Source: Octopus vulgaris
Taxonomy: Eukaryota
DNA: 64,000 bases
NCBI GenBank assembly: GCA_951406725.2
Contig: OX597816.1
Coordinates: 132,184,001 to 132,248,000, forward strand
Direction: 5' to 3'
In this document: positions 1-14,496 of the stretch, in pieces
Position numbering within the stretch: position 1 is the first letter of the stretch
How the letters are laid out: every line of letters begins with the position of its first letter
The notes under the pieces: model-generated
Databases searched by the model: none
Told to the model about the DNA's origin: nothing
What the model saw: only the letters and a program-made list of their open reading frames with translations
Program-made: the position numbers and the translations under genes

Positions 1-1649
1 TGGCTATGATGATGATGATGATGAAGATCACACACACACATTGTAGAGCATTTAAGGACATGTAAACTGAAAGTACTAATATTTAGTGTTCCATGTTAAA
101 ATAATTAATCCAAGTGCTGTTTAGTCTCTAATTTGATGTCGCTGCTCGTAAGTTGTGATGTTTTTATTCAGTGGAGATGCTTTCTCCTGCTGAAATGGAA
201 TTAATTTCTCTCTCTCTGGCTGCCCCCCCCTCTCTCTCTCTCAAATGAAGAGTATTGACATATATAAATAGACTGGAGTAGTAGTGGGAAGGTAAATACT
301 AATTTCCTCCAACTACATCAGCTTATTTAAGTTTGTCCATCTGTTGAGGAGATTAAGTTCTTGTACCTATGCTATCACCTGCAGGGCAACAGGCTATGGG
401 CTAATGCTTCTCCCTCCACATACACGCACAAATATATAAATTCATACACAATTCTTTGTGTAAGTATGTATGTGTTTCATCTATTTGTGTGTTGTTAGAG
501 TTCCTTCTATGCAACAGGAAGTTTTTTTGTTTTTTTTTAATGTTTTTGTTCCCTACATCAGATCCATCACATACATGTCACTTCAATGTTATTGTCTAGT
601 CTAGTTGGGGAAGGCCAAAATCTGTTGGGGATTTCCTTACAGCTGTGCTTGCTGTAGTGAGTTAATGACATCATGGTTATTGATAGCAAGCTGCTATCAA
701 CAGGGGAGGAGATGACAGAGTACTTGACAACAGATATTCGTAAGTAGACTCAGGACATAGGAGAGAGATACATACACAAAATGCACATTTAGTAGACTCT
801 TAAACAGTCTTTTTAATTCTTGTTGCTTCTGCTGCTGCTGCTGCTATTGCTTCCACTGAAGTGGCACATGGCCAGCAAGCACAAACAGAAAACAGCTATG
901 TTTTAGTTTGTGAAGCATCAAGGACATGTTTCTGTAGAATTCACATCCACATAGAAATAAGTTACCAATAATTTTACAAATGTGGGGATTTGTTCAATGA
1001 GAATTTCGTTACAGAGGTAAGCTGGAAGGTTTCTTTGTTGTAAAGGAATATTTTATTGAAATAAAACGATTCCAGTTTCTTAGTTGGCAAGTTAAAAATA
1101 AATATTGTCAAATCTAGTAATTTTAGTCTTTTTATCATAAGAGAGCATATTGTTCTGATTGTGTTCAAAAATGAGTTGTTTTCTGTATTTCATTTCTATT
1201 TTGTTTCACCTAATTTTTTTTTCTAGATTTTTGTATTCAATTTCTTTCAGAGAAGTAATTTTAAATAGAATTAGAACTACAGGGAATTCTAACACTGAAA
1301 TCATAAATTCACATTATATTACAAAACTAACATTTTAAAGTAATCATTAAAAAATTTGTTATGATGTTTATTTTCAATACCATATAACACTTCAAGAAAG
1401 AGCTGTAATTAAGTTGAAATTTTTAAATCAACAGTTTCTGGGAAAGTTAGTGCCAGTTTTTCTGTTCAAATGACTTACATCTTGTGCACAAATACACTTC
1501 TCAATTTCTGTTTTGAATTAAGATTTTGTTTCAGTGAACCAAGTACTGTAATCTGGTTTTATCATTTTCTTACTCTTTCTGTTGGAAATGATAAAGAGAA
1601 GATTTATCATCATCGTCATCACCACCACCACTGCTATCATCATCATCAT

Positions 1650-2165
1650 GGTTAGTAGGTTGGCCAAATTGTAAGAATACCAGGAAACATGCATTAAGAT
1701 ATTTGTACCAGCTCTTTACATCCTGGTTTCAAATCTTGATGAGGTCAGCTTTGCTTTTCTCCTTTTTCAAGTCACTAATATAAAAGTACCTGAAATTGCT
1801 GGCTTTGTGCCAAAGTTAGAATGATTTATTACAGATAACAGTAATATTGGTTTCAAATTTTGGCACAAAGTCAATAATCTCGGCGGAGGGGTAAGTCGAT
1901 TACATCGACGCCATCATATGTGTGTGTGTGTCTCCCACCATGACAGCCAGTGCTGGTTTGTTTACATCTCCATAGCTCACAGTTCAGCAAAAGAGACCAA
2001 TAGAATAAGTACAAGCTCAACTAATAATTTTTATTAGCAACCTCAAAAGGATGAAAGGGAAGATTTACCTCGGGTGCAACTTGAACCCAGAACAGAAAGA
2101 CGAATGAAATGCTGCTAATGGTTTTGCTCAGCATGCTAATGGTTTTGCCAACTCATCACCCTCCA
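1650..2165. mobile_element. Cluster of decayed SINE family B copies (+ copy ~1650-1822; - copy ~1848-2165 interrupted by a SINE family A fragment)
   Basis: Matches the copy at 31164-31374 (TTCAAAT..GAGGTCAGCTTTGC, GGCTTTGTGCCAAA) and its reverse complement (GGTTTCAAATTTTGGCACAA, GTCGATTACATCGAC, GGATGAAAGG). Confidence 0.7.
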
Positions 2166-2859
2166 AATAATAGTAATATTATTAATGGTGGTATTTGATA
2201 TTTGGCTTCTTATTTTGCTAGTTAATAGTTTTCAATGGTTACTTCTTAAGCACAAAGAAAAAACATGAATTTTTATGAAGCACATAGACAATAAAGTATG
2301 GAAAACTGTCAAAGATCAGAAAGATGATATTTCAAATGTAGGCATTTTCTGCATTGCAGAAGCATTGCATTCTTGAAAATCTTATTGTGTAATGTGGAAT
2401 TCTGTAGTGCAACATATACAATGGGAAAATAGGTTTCATTTTATGGAATTCTGCATAATGGCAAGATTCTCATGAACATAAGATTTCCATAATATTGGAG
2501 ATGCTTGTTTGATGGAGGCCTTTTTTCTTTTTTTATCATGGATTAAAAGTTTTTTTTCTCCCATGGTTTAGTTAGAGGATAAAGAGCAATTTCTCTGACC
2601 TTCACACGGCCCTTGCAGGATCTGTGAAACTATGGGGAAGAAAAGGAGGAAAGAATTACTACTCTTAGCTTGCTGTAGTAATGAGAAACACACATGTCTT
2701 CAATAATAGAAAGGACTTCACCAAAAGTATCCAAGAGCCAGGTGGAGACGTTAAACTAAGTGACACAGCTACTACTTGAGAACAAATTCCATTTAACAGG
2801 CTTCCACAGTTTCCATCTAATTATACTTTCAAGGTTTGTGGTGACCTGGGGTTCTTTGG

Positions 2860-3110
2860 ATGTTGTTATCTGAGATTTGCTCATGTAGAGAAACACCAAG
2901 AATCTGACAATGACACTGTGTATGGAACATCTTGAGCTTGATCAGATTTTGTCTGATAATGGTCCAGGTTTCAGCACTGTAAAGGAGGACAGGCAGAACC
3001 AACATGTGGGAAAGAGAGATCTTGATCCTTAGGGAGATGTTGAGCTTCTTCCAGACACACCATGAATTGAAAAGTGTGGAATAACATCATCACCCGAATC
3101 CATCATCCAG
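2860..3110 (-). mobile_element. RTE-clade LINE fragment (C-terminal part of the RT region), degenerate
   Basis: Minus strand reads VWKKLNISLRIKISL..MLVLPVLLYSAETWT..LKMFHTQCHCQILGVS, matching the RTE pattern VW...ISL.TK...VLP.LLYG.ETW...F...CLR.IL. Confidence 0.75.
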
Positions 3111-3802
3111 CAGCATTCACAGCAGTGCATTGGTTGAGAGGACAGCCTCCCCCTCCAGTTGCCAGCTAGGGTTTAAAGAAAAAGAAGACCTGAGGTTATG
3201 GTAGAAAACATTTGCATAAGGTATTGTGTGGTTGTGAAGAGAAACTCTTACCCCACATGGCTATGCCTATGCTCATTAGATAGTAGCATCAACAGTGATG
3301 TGAGACCCAATATATAAGGAAATTGGCACAGTAAAAGTAGTTGAAATAAAATATAATATAAACCAGATTATCTCTGAACAAACCTTTGATCAAAACCATT
3401 CCAATTATAACCTCTTATCTTTTTAGCGTTATCCAGGGTAATACAATATCCAATGTATCCTTCTTTGTTTAAGATTATGGGTTTGATTTTGAAAGAGATT
3501 TTTACTGTTATTTCTAGTAGATTGAGTGAGTGCAGCAAGGCACCCTATTGACTTATGAAATAAATTGCAATTTATATTGTTTTAAATAAAGCTGATACTG
3601 AAGGATAGTATGATGAAAAAGGCTCCAGTATTCTTCTCTTTTATTGTTTCATTTGTTTTAGTCAGTTGGACTGTGGCTTTTGGCTTTTTAATAATAAGAA
3701 ATAATTAAAAATGTTTATATATATGAAACAATGCTTCATATAAACTATACTACTATATATATATATATGTATGTGAATATGTCTGTATGTGTGTGTGTTA
3801 AC

Positions 3803-4190
3803 ATCATCATCATCATTTAATGTCTGTCATCCATGCTGTCATAATGTCTGTGAGAGCTGACAAGCTGGTGGGGTTGCACCAAACTCCAATCTGATTTGGC
3901 ATGGTTTCTGTGGCTGGATGTCCTTCTTAATGCCATCCACTTTACAGAACGTGCTGGATGATTTTACATGGCACTGCACAGGCGTTTTTATGTGACACAG
4001 CATGGGCACTTTTACACGTCATCGCACAGGTACTTTTATGTGATGCCACATTGGTGGTTTTTATGTGTCACGACATGGTTGCTTTTACAAGGCACTGCCA
4101 TGAGTGCTTTACACCACCAGAAGGATTGGTTGTAACACTTCTGCTGTTGGGTTCAGGTCTTGAGTACAGCCAGATGCCCGGTATCTCGGT
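3803..4190 (-). mobile_element. RTE-type 3' UTR/tail fragment
   Basis: Reverse complement of the tail at 30380-30556: (CAT)n-TTTAATGTC..CCATGCT..CTGGATGTCCTTCTTAATGCC, followed by degenerate TTTTAC(A/G)TGGCAC repeats. Confidence 0.65.
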
Positions 4191-4749
4191 CTTGTGTGTG
4201 TGTGTAACACAATGCCACACAGTTTTTGTTTACCAGATTCTTTTGCAAAGAATTGGTTGGCTTGAGGCTATAGTGAAGACATGTGTCCAAGGTACCGTGC
4301 TATTGAATTAAACCCCAAACTATATCATTGGAAAGCAAACTTCTTAACCACACAGCCCTACCCATGCCTTGAACTCAAAACCACATATATGTACCTTTTA
4401 CTTTTGAGTTGTTTCTATTGTTAGACTCACAAGGCTTTGGTCACCTCAGGATTTTGGTCAAACAAATTGACTTCTGTACTTATCTTTCCTTTTTAAGCCT
4501 TATACTATTAGTCTTTTTTGCCAGAATGTGAAGTTACTAGAACATAAACAAACCAACTTTGGTTGTCAAGCAGTGATCAGGGATAAATAAAAAGACAAAG
4601 ACTTGTACATGCACACACTGTTTTTATGTTTAGTTATAATAAAAACAATTTGACTGCATACTTTTGTAGAGTACAAATTTATTATTCTTATACAAGAATG
4701 TTGTTGACAGTGACATTGAAGTTTTAGCCAGCTAAGCTATTATCAAGTT

Positions 4750-4784
<35 letters not shown>

Positions 4785-5383
4785 ATAACAGGCATCTTTC
4801 AGTTTCTGTCCACCAAATCCACTCACAAGGCTTTGGTCACCTCAGGGGTTATAGTACAGGACACTTGCCCAAGGTGCCATACAGTGGGACTGAACCTGGA
4901 ACCATTATGCTTAGAGTCACTTCTCACCATACAGCTGTGCCTGCATCTATATGTAGACAAAGAATATAGCATATTTTGGCTGGAGCAGAAGATATACATT
5001 GAAAAATAATATCTGCTGTTTTGTTATATGAGATCTTGGCTATATAGATATGTAAAATCTTTGAATCTACTGACTCAGCTATAGAAGGTTGTGTGTGTGT
5101 GTGGAGGGGGTGCATACCAGTGAGTCAGCATAGATTTGATCTGCAACCATCCAGCCTCAGAGAATTCATCAGAGGTTTCATCTTGTGCTGAGGGTAATTC
5201 AATAAAGTCAAAAAAAAAGAAAAATACCAATAATATCAGGACCACTGTAACAAATTAGAAAATCTCTCAATTAATCGATATATTTATTAACAATATCCAT
5301 TATCCTACCATCCAGTTATGAGTATGCGTATGTATGCACACACACTCATAACTGTGTGCATACACACAAATGCATGTGTGTAT

Positions 5384-5419
<36 letters not shown>

Positions 5420-6675
5420 CACGTGTGTGTATCAGAGAGAGAGAGAGAGAGAGAGGGAGAGAGTGAAGAAAGAAATCAATTTCTTGAAGGTTTGAATCAT
5501 AGAAATCAAGTCACTCTATTAGATGCTTAATTTCATTATTCTTTTAGTTTTCTTTTATTAAATGTTTTATACACCACAAAGATATGCGCTTCATAAAAGT
5601 TAAGTTTCTTATCATTATTGAGATTTTTGTACTTAAACGCCTTCCATTGTAATTTTGTTAAAACCTTTTGTTATATTTTAAACATCACTGTCATCATCAT
5701 CCTCATAGCATCTACTTTTCTATGCTTGTGTTAGCCAGATAAGAGTATGCTGGACAAAGTTTTCAATGACCAGATGTCTTTCCTATCATTAACCTCCACT
5801 TTTTTCCAAGTGAGGTAATAATTTCCCAGTTTATCAAGCAACAGACTAAACCTTGACATCTTTATGTAGAGAATTTGAAACAGTTGACAATGTATGAATG
5901 AACAAGCCTTTTGTTCACAAAGATTGCATAGCATGTCAAGACATATCAACAAGCCTGGATGAGCTTTCGTGGTGGACTGCAAGCTAACAACATTGTTAAG
6001 GAAACTATTGTTTATTATCAGTAAATGAGTACATGTCGTAATTAAGGAAATACAAACTAATTCGGACAAACACACATGCACATATAAGAATTACAGACTT
6101 CTTTCAGTTTATGTCTACTAAATCCATTCAAAAGGTTTTGGGCTGACTGAAGTCATTGTAGGAAACATTTGCTCAAGATGACATGCAATGAGACTGGATC
6201 CAAAATCACATAGTTGGGAGGTGGACGTCTTAACTACACAGCTATGCCTGTACCTATAATAACCTTTTGTTAAGATAATGTTTTCTATGTTTCAAATGTC
6301 TTGTTCCAAAATTACAAACTTATTTTATTAAATCAGTTCAAATAGCTGATGACTCGAAATTAATTGAAAGACGTAGGAAATTATTTCATGATGGAAACTA
6401 TTACAAAAGTGATTTTATTAACAGTAATGTTTTTATTTTTTATGTGTCTTTTTTTTTAAAAAGAAACTGTTTAAGTAAATACTGATAAATGTATATTATC
6501 AATACTTAACAATGGACCAGCTATTCGAATTATAGATACCCCACTATGATAGATAGCCAGCTATCCTTCTTGTCGTATATAGAACTCCTAATCAATATAT
6601 AACAAATGCTGTACATTTGTTTAGATAATTAAAAACCACCAGTCACATGGCATGCTCAAGTTTTATGTGAACTTT

Positions 6676-7018
6676 ACTCTTTGCAGTCATGCTGGAGCAC
6701 TGCATTTAGTCGAACAAATCGACCCCAGGACTCATTCTTTCTAAGTCTAGTACTTATTCCATTGGTCTCTTTTGCTGAACCACTAAATTACAGGGACATA
6801 AATACGCCGGCATCAGTTGTCAAAGGATGTATATACACATGTATATACGACAGGCTTTTTTCAGTTTCCATCTACCAAATCCACTCACAAGACTTTGGTC
6901 AGTCCAAGGCTATAGTAGAAGACACTTGACACTTGCCCAAGATGACACACAGTGGGACTGAATCAAGAACCATGTGGTTGGTAAGCAACCTACTTTCCAC
7001 ACAGCCACTCCTGTGCCT
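6676..7018 (-). mobile_element. tRNA-derived SINE, family A
   Basis: Reverse complement of the 42500-43060 copy, including the head (CACAGCCACTCCTGTGCC) and 3' body (CATGCTGGAGCAC). Confidence 0.85.
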
Positions 7019-7204
7019 AAACTTGTCTGTTTTCTTTACAATTGATTCCATTTCTACAGGATTATGGTTGATGTTGTTAGCCTTTCTCATCCGTTCTGAT
7101 GTCGGTTGTGCTTCTGCTATGGCGAGATAGAAATTTGCAGTTTACAGCTATTTGATTTCTTGTTCCTATACTTGTGATTACGAAATAAGCAAATTACAAA
7201 ACTT

Positions 7205-7680
7205 GAAACTTCTAGCAAGAATATGCAGGCAGAGAAAGTCACTGGCCCATCAGGAATTACCCCTGAAATGCTTAAAGCATCTTGTGGGGTAGCATACAGC
7301 CTAGTCACTCACATAGTTAATCAGGTTAGAAAGGAAAGCATCATACATTACAACTGGCATAGCAGTATAATAGTTAACAGTTACAAGGGTAAAGGAGCTG
7401 CCTTAAACAGAAGTAATTATAAGGGTATCGAATTACTGGACCAGATCATGTACATTACTGAAAGTGGTATATTGGAAGGAGAATTTGGTTTTGTGCCAGG
7501 GAGGTATACTACCAACGCTCCCTTTTTAATAAGACAATTGTAGAGAAGTATTTAGCTAAAAGTAAGCTATTGTACTTGACTTTTGGCAACCTTTAGAAAA
7601 GCTTCCGCAGGGTTTCTTCCTCTGTTAACTGGTAGTCTCTCAAGAAGCTAGAGATAGGTGACTGTCATGAGAGAGCCATA
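7205..7680 (+). mobile_element. RTE-clade LINE reverse transcriptase fragment (pseudogenised)
   Basis: ORF 7223-7543 reads KVTGPSGITPEMLK..W..SIIV..YKGKG....SNYKGIELL..FGFVPGR.TTNA.F.IRQL, the start of a non-LTR RT domain. Stops and frameshifts follow. Confidence 0.9.
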
Positions 7681-9999
7681 TATATATAATGTATACATAT
7701 ATATTTATGGGAAGATGAAAGGAGGCATAACGTCACTATCACTAGTGATCACTCCAAACATCATGATGTTGACTGGATGTTTTATTTTTATCACTCTTGT
7801 TACATGCACTGTCTTCAGATTGACACCCAAACAATGAAATATTCATATTGGAGCTTCAGGCGTGAATTCCAAGCTTTACAGCCGGTTGTTTGCAAATTTC
7901 TGGCAGAGTGAATTGCGTCATGATGCTGTTCTTCTCACAGACGGTATCCAACTGACCATAGTCAACAAAATCAAAAATATAGTGTGCATGCACAAAATTA
8001 AAATTATAGAATGTGTGTGTGTGTGTATATACACACATATATATATATTCTAGTCTGTTTACAAGCTTTGCCTATTTTGTGATTTACTTATAGGCTTATA
8101 CTGTTGCTCGTCAATCCTTCCTGTATTGCCAGTTATCACCTTCTTCATGAGCTGTTTCTTTCACCTTCTCCTTCACACTCCAGTTATATACATCATTCAC
8201 CACATTATCTTTTACCCCATCCATAGCCACCTGTCACTCTCCTCTCACACATATATGTACTTATCCACCCACACCTCCCCATCTTCACTCTATATTCTTT
8301 CTCATATTCACCTTCTTGTACTTTGTATGCTCCGATACCTCATTACCAACATCTCTGTCTTCATTCCAGCTATTTTCACCTTAATATATAAGCATATATG
8401 AATATACACGTTAACACATATTACACACACACACACATGTATTTTCCTCAAATATTATGTGTTCAGGTTTTTTGTATCGTATTTTATGCAAAAAATCTCA
8501 TCTGTATCAAATACCATTTCAACAAATTTGTGTGTGTTCACCACCACCCCACATACTCACACACGCAACCACAAAATCTTGGTATTGAATAGAATGAGGC
8601 ATAGATTTGCAAAAGAAGAAAAATGCTAAAATAAAATAAATGTACCAACCAACCAAAATAAAAAAAAAAGTAAATAAAATCATTAAAGAAAACAAAAATG
8701 ATACGTAAAATACAAATTAAAAAATACAAAAAGAAAAAGCTTCTGCTCCAATTATACATGTTGTAACAAAGAGAATCTTATACACTTTATATATTCAGAA
8801 CAGAACTACCCTATACTTTTGGGTGGTGCCAACTGTAGCCAGGCATGGTACAAAAAGACAAACCATAATGGTGGGTTTTTTTTTGAATGCACGTGTGTGC
8901 ATGATGATGTGTGTATGTGTGTGTGCATGATGTATGTAAGTGCCATGATTGTGCGTGCGTGTGTGTGTGTGTGGGGGGGCAGGCGGGGAGATAGCGAATG
9001 CATGTAATATACTGTGAGAATGAATGAAGGAGGAAAAAAAATTGAAAATTTCTTAATGTTTTGAAATTTTCCTGTCATGATGTTTCTTACATTATGTGGG
9101 TTTATTTGTTTTTTAATTGTGTATTATATATCAGACATAGAAGGTAAAATAATGTAAGTAGTATAATTTAAATAAAACAGCAGCTAATATGACACCCCAC
9201 TGTGTATATATATATATATATAAATAGATATATATATATATATATATATATAGAAAGGCAGATAAACACAAGTCAGCTGAATGAATATATTTACATGGAA
9301 TTCAAAATACAGAGTAAGAAATAAATACAGATTAAATGAAAAATTATATGTAATAGTCTTCTCTTGACTGCTGTTTTGAGTGAACCATGGCTTATGCTGT
9401 AACCACGTTCATTAGATAACAAAACCCATAGTGTCTTAGGTGTATGGAATAACATGAGTTCCTATGGATCCAAGGCAAGGTCAAATATATATGTACGTGT
9501 GTGTGTGTGTGTGTATCTGTGTGAGTGTGTGTGTATTTAAGGTTAACCTGGCCTAAATCCAGTAAAATAGTATAATATATCAGTAAAATAACATAATATA
9601 CCAGTCTTAGGTTTGATTCAATATAATCACTTATAACCGAAACACAGTGATCCAGTATAGCCACAGTCCAATTGCTGGAACAGATTTTGTTTGCTTGCTT
9701 GCATTGTATGTATATACGTGTATATGTGTGTGTAGTGCCTGTATATTCTTCTGTTTTAATTATTTGAAATCTTTTTGTAAGGAAGGGACAAGTTTCTAAG
9801 GAAGATACAAAGCCTCATCATTGGATTGTAGAAAAAAAAACTTGAGAAAATTATTGAATATTTTTACTGTTCCACTGATAGATTATATTTGCAATGTTCG
9901 TGTTCATTGGTTGATTTCTTTTTCTGAAAACCTTAGCTTTCCAAGATTGACTTCAGCATCTACTTATAAAACAAACTGCATAAATTATTATTAGTATAT

Positions 10000-12330
10000 A
10001 CGTGAATATATAATCATCGGGGTATAGTAGCTGGAAGTTTCGAAAGTTGTCTGTAGTTCTCTTTGATTTACGAAGTGTTACTTACATCACTAAGGCAACT
10101 GACACTGGCTACTTGACCAAATATGTGAACGGAGTCAATGCGCGCGTACACACACACACGTACACACGCACAGGCTCTCTATTCACATATTTGGCCAAGT
10201 AGTCTTGGGATTCAATTGAAGTTGCATTAGTTATTGTGGCAGCAATTGTGAAGTGTTTGTAGGTTGTGTTTAAATTTTAGTTCATAATTAAAGCTCAATT
10301 ATGTGTGTGTGTGTATAACTAATGTTAAAATTAATCATTTCAAACATTCAAGTCTAGTAATTCTTCAAAATGGATCTTAGTCGCCTATTTAATCTGCTAC
10401 TTGTGGTCAGTACTTGTTTTCTCCCCACCAGCAAGAGGGAAAGACAAAACTCGACGCCCGTGGGATTTGAGCTCAGATTTTAAAGGGACATAACTATTAG
10501 ATTCCGAAAATTTTTTGCCATCCTCTGTTTTAAACGAAGGTAGAAAATAATTTAATAAAGAAGCAAAATAAAAACCAAAGGTTTAGATGCATCAGGGGGG
10601 AAAAAAAGAGTAAATAATGACATTACAGCGAGGAGTGGTGATTAGAAATGAGTTTCAAAACGATTGGAAAACGTAATACAACGAGATGGAAACGAAGTAT
10701 CTGCTATTTATATGTCATATGGTATATCCTTTCTGTCACTTGAACTTCTTTAAAATAGTAAATTACCAGTTGATAAATTTTAATGCCACGTCACAACTAG
10801 GAATTCGTTTCTTACACCCACGCCCCCTACTTTTAAAAACTGTCCCATTTACTGTGAGTGTACTATAGGATGTGACACACGCATTTTAACGCGCACGCAC
10901 AGACACTCACATACAGGATTTTCTAAGTTGTAGATTCGCATCCTAGAATTAAACTTCCTGTAAAGCACTATTTCTTACTTTAAATGGTTGCTTGTGATAC
11001 GAAATGCGTCACTCGACTAAATCGTAATTGTTTAATCCTTAGTCCCAGGTGAGCTCAGATAAGGCGAGGTCATTTCGAATATTGACCACCCTCACTTATT
11101 CTAGTTTTTGTCTAGGTCTACATATTTAAGGTGTTTTTTTTGTTTTGTTTTTAAAGATTGTAAGTAATATGAGAGCTAATGAAATATTCAGTTACTGTTT
11201 TTAGCAGGTCAAGCGTAGAAGCTTCCTCCTTGACTCACGACCATTAATTAATTTAACTATTAAGTTACAAGATGTCGGTTAGAAAGTAATATAAATGTGA
11301 ACGATATCTCTGAACGTTCGTTTCAGCCAGTTTTAAACTGTAATGTCATACTTCCTACTATTACTGCTCATGTATTGAAATACTAGTTTATTAAGTTTAA
11401 CGATATGTTGAAAAATAAAGCTCTAAATTTCGGAGAATATTTTCTTTTTTTCTCTCGTGCGTAAAAGCAAACTTATTAATAAATACAAAAAATGTTTATT
11501 GAATCTATAATTTTCAAAACAACAAATGTCTGGAAACGGAGAAGTAAGGGAGGTAACTCTATGTTTTAAGCTGGGATTCTCTACTCCTCGTTCCGTTCAA
11601 CACTGTCAGCAGCCAGCAAGGTCACTGAGACATATTTTTTTTTCTGTAGCCAGTGCACTCCGTTCATTAGAATTGATTTTGCAATAAAAAAAAATCTCAG
11701 ACAAAACAACTGGCAAAGGAAATCCTTTTAAGTAAAAGGAGGAGGGGATGATGACTTCAGATCCTTCTTTTTTAATGAGTGTTGCTGTTAGTAATACATC
11801 AGGCCAGCAAAAAGATTGGGGTGGGGGAGGAAAAGAGTTGAGTTTAGGAAAGAGACATTAAAAGGGTTTCGCTTTTTGCTTTATGTGTGTTGTTTAGCTT
11901 TAAGTGCAGGTTGAAATATTTTTTTTATTAATATTTTGAAGCCTTGTAACCAAACACGACACGTGTTTTGTTGTTTTAGTGTTATTGTCTCTTTCGTCAG
12001 GATAATAATATTTTTCAAACAATTTCAAAACTATATTATTCAGCATCATTATTGAATTAATCAATGAAATTTTAAAGATAAACTTGTAATCGAAATGAAA
12101 AGCAAAAATATTTAAAATCTAGAATTATTGTTGGTCTGATATTTATTTTATTTATTTAGATGGGAAACGAAGAATGTATATATTAGCAATTCATTGAATT
12201 TAAAATAATTTCGGCTCGAGTGAGGGTGGGTAGGCATTCAATCACCAAAGTTCTCTGGGAAGGAAAATGTTCTGATGTATATAAAAAAAACAACATCTAG
12301 TGAGATCTCACCCCCATCTCATGGTTTTCG
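10000..12330. promoter_or_regulatory. CpG-retaining segment, candidate unmethylated promoter or regulatory region
   Basis: By eye, CpGs occur on most lines here (e.g. CGCGCG 10141, TCGACGCCCG 10451, ACGCGCACGC, AACGTTCG), while both flanks are strongly CpG-depleted. No young TE explains the pattern. Confidence 0.5.
10107..10204. repeat. 28-bp imperfect inverted repeat enclosing a CA/CG microsatellite
   Basis: GGCTACTTGACCAAATATGTGAACGGAG (10107-10134) versus the reverse complement of 10177-10204, GACTACTTGGCCAAATATGTGAATAGAG. Confidence 0.8.
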
Positions 12331-13462
12331 AGAGTATAAATGGCATGTATAATTTTTTATTTTTTTTATTTTTGCACAAGATTCAGGCTCAGATTTTTTG
12401 GGAATGAGAAATGTGATGATATTCATGCCTTTTCCAAGACATTTGTAAACAATGGTGTTCTTTGAAATGACTGGATCTGATATTAAAGGAAGATAGCAAT
12501 TATACTCACTTTAGAAGTCAACAATAGACAAAGCTATTAAGGATTTGCCATTCTGTTATCGTTGGATCAGACATGAAACTTGAGATTTTTCTTTTTCTTT
12601 TTATTATTTTCACTATTAAGTGGCCTGCTCTTGAACATTGAGACTTCGGCTGCTGAATCATGGACTCAGTTTGTCTCGATTTTACTCCTATAGCTTTGAT
12701 TATTTGTAATGTTGATCTCTTAGAAGAGACATTATCAAATTCTTGAAGGCAATGCTGTAGCCTAATGGCTGTAACAAGTAAAAGATACACACACACAAAC
12801 ACACACACACATACACACACACAAGCATACACAAATACACATGACAGGCTTCTTTCAGTTTCTGTCTACCAAATCCTCCCAGCAGAAAATATTTGCTCAA
12901 GAAGTCATTTAGTAGGGAAGCAAATTTTATACATGTATTTGTATAAAGCCTCAGTATTTTATCATAGAATTTTCCATATACATATACATGGGCTAAACAG
13001 AATTTAGCAAGGCACATTTTCTGTCACCTGTCTATGATATCCACTTACAAGGCTTTGATTGTTCAGGGCTATTATAGAAGACACTTGCCTAATGTGCAAT
13101 GTAGTGGGACAGAATCCATGTATTTGGGAAGCAAACTTCTTAACCACACAACCATGCCCTGTGCACACACACACACACACACACAAACACATAAAATCAA
13201 TGGCATATCCTGCATGAATGTAAGGCATGCTGTGCATGCCTAAGATATATAAATGATTGTAAATAATAAATCCTATTTTAACATATGTCTTTCATTTTTA
13301 TGAGAGGTAGGTGGAGAGAGAGCACATAAATGCTCTATGTATACAGCATCAATTATATGGCTTTGATATTTAAAATTCCAAGCTCTGTCTAAAGCATAGT
13401 CTGCTCCAATATAAATATATGTCTGATAAAAGGCGCAGACGTTTGTGTGTGTGGATGGATAT

Positions 13463-13551
<89 letters not shown>

Positions 13552-14458
13552 TATATTGATAGTTATTTGTGGGTAGTAAAGAGCTCGATACTTTCAGTGA
13601 CTAATAGTTTCAATTCGAGCATGTGCTGCTGCACAGGATGATATTACAAATTACTGTGAGGTATTGAAATTTTGCAATATCCACTATAATATATTTGTGT
13701 ATGTAGTGTGGTGTGTGTGTGTGTGTGTGCGCATATATATATATATATATATATATGCAATACCTACATGTATTTATGCACTGCACTACAAACACACATA
13801 TATATATAGGTGTATATGAGAGAGAGAGAGAGAGATAATGTAACATATAATATTTTACATATGTAATATAATGCATACATTTATAATAGCTGGACACTCG
13901 ATATTGACTAGTTTAATTCAGTTTAAAATATAATCATTCAAATGATTATATTTCTTCACTCTCGGTCCAATGAGCCATTTGTTTTGCGTGGATAATCTCA
14001 CATGAGCAGAAGCTAAAGAAGAGAAAGAAGAGAATATTTGGTATTCATTCTTTACCAAATAGTTCAATGACCTTTTCTCTGTTGGTGTACATGTGTTGTT
14101 TTCTTTTATCTTGGAGGTTTATCTTATAGACTGGCCCACTTTAAACTTTTCATATTTAAATAATGTAAATAAACTTTACTTTTCATTGATTGTAAATATA
14201 AACATTCCATTTTTTTTTTTCTTTTGTTAGATTTTTATAACTTTTAAAAGCAAACTTCATCAATTTAACGACACTCATCTGTTTGAAAATTTCTTTCTGT
14301 TTTTTGTTTTCCCCCCATCATTAGCATTTTTTGTGTATATGTGTGTATGTTTTTTGCTGTAGAAGTGAATATGAATTATTAATAACCAAATAAATTATAT
14401 CATGAAAACAGGTTCATCTTCTGCTTAGTAGCAGTAGTTGTCGTTGTTGTTGTTGTTG

Positions 14459-14496
<38 letters not shown>

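Noticed and set aside
6344-6370. CTGATGA..GAAA matches (also at 27741, 42428, 62293)
   Set aside because: No closing stem I or stem III pairing around the core. Chance matches.
9595-9660. Partial hammerhead-like patterns (GAAACACAGTG at 9639, GAAACTATTAGTC on - near 13596-13610, GAAACCAATGGTA at 40248, hairpin 13926-13953)
   Set aside because: Only the GAAA/stem III half or a lone stem is present, without a convincing CUGAnGA core and stem I. They may be decayed PLE relics but cannot be supported.
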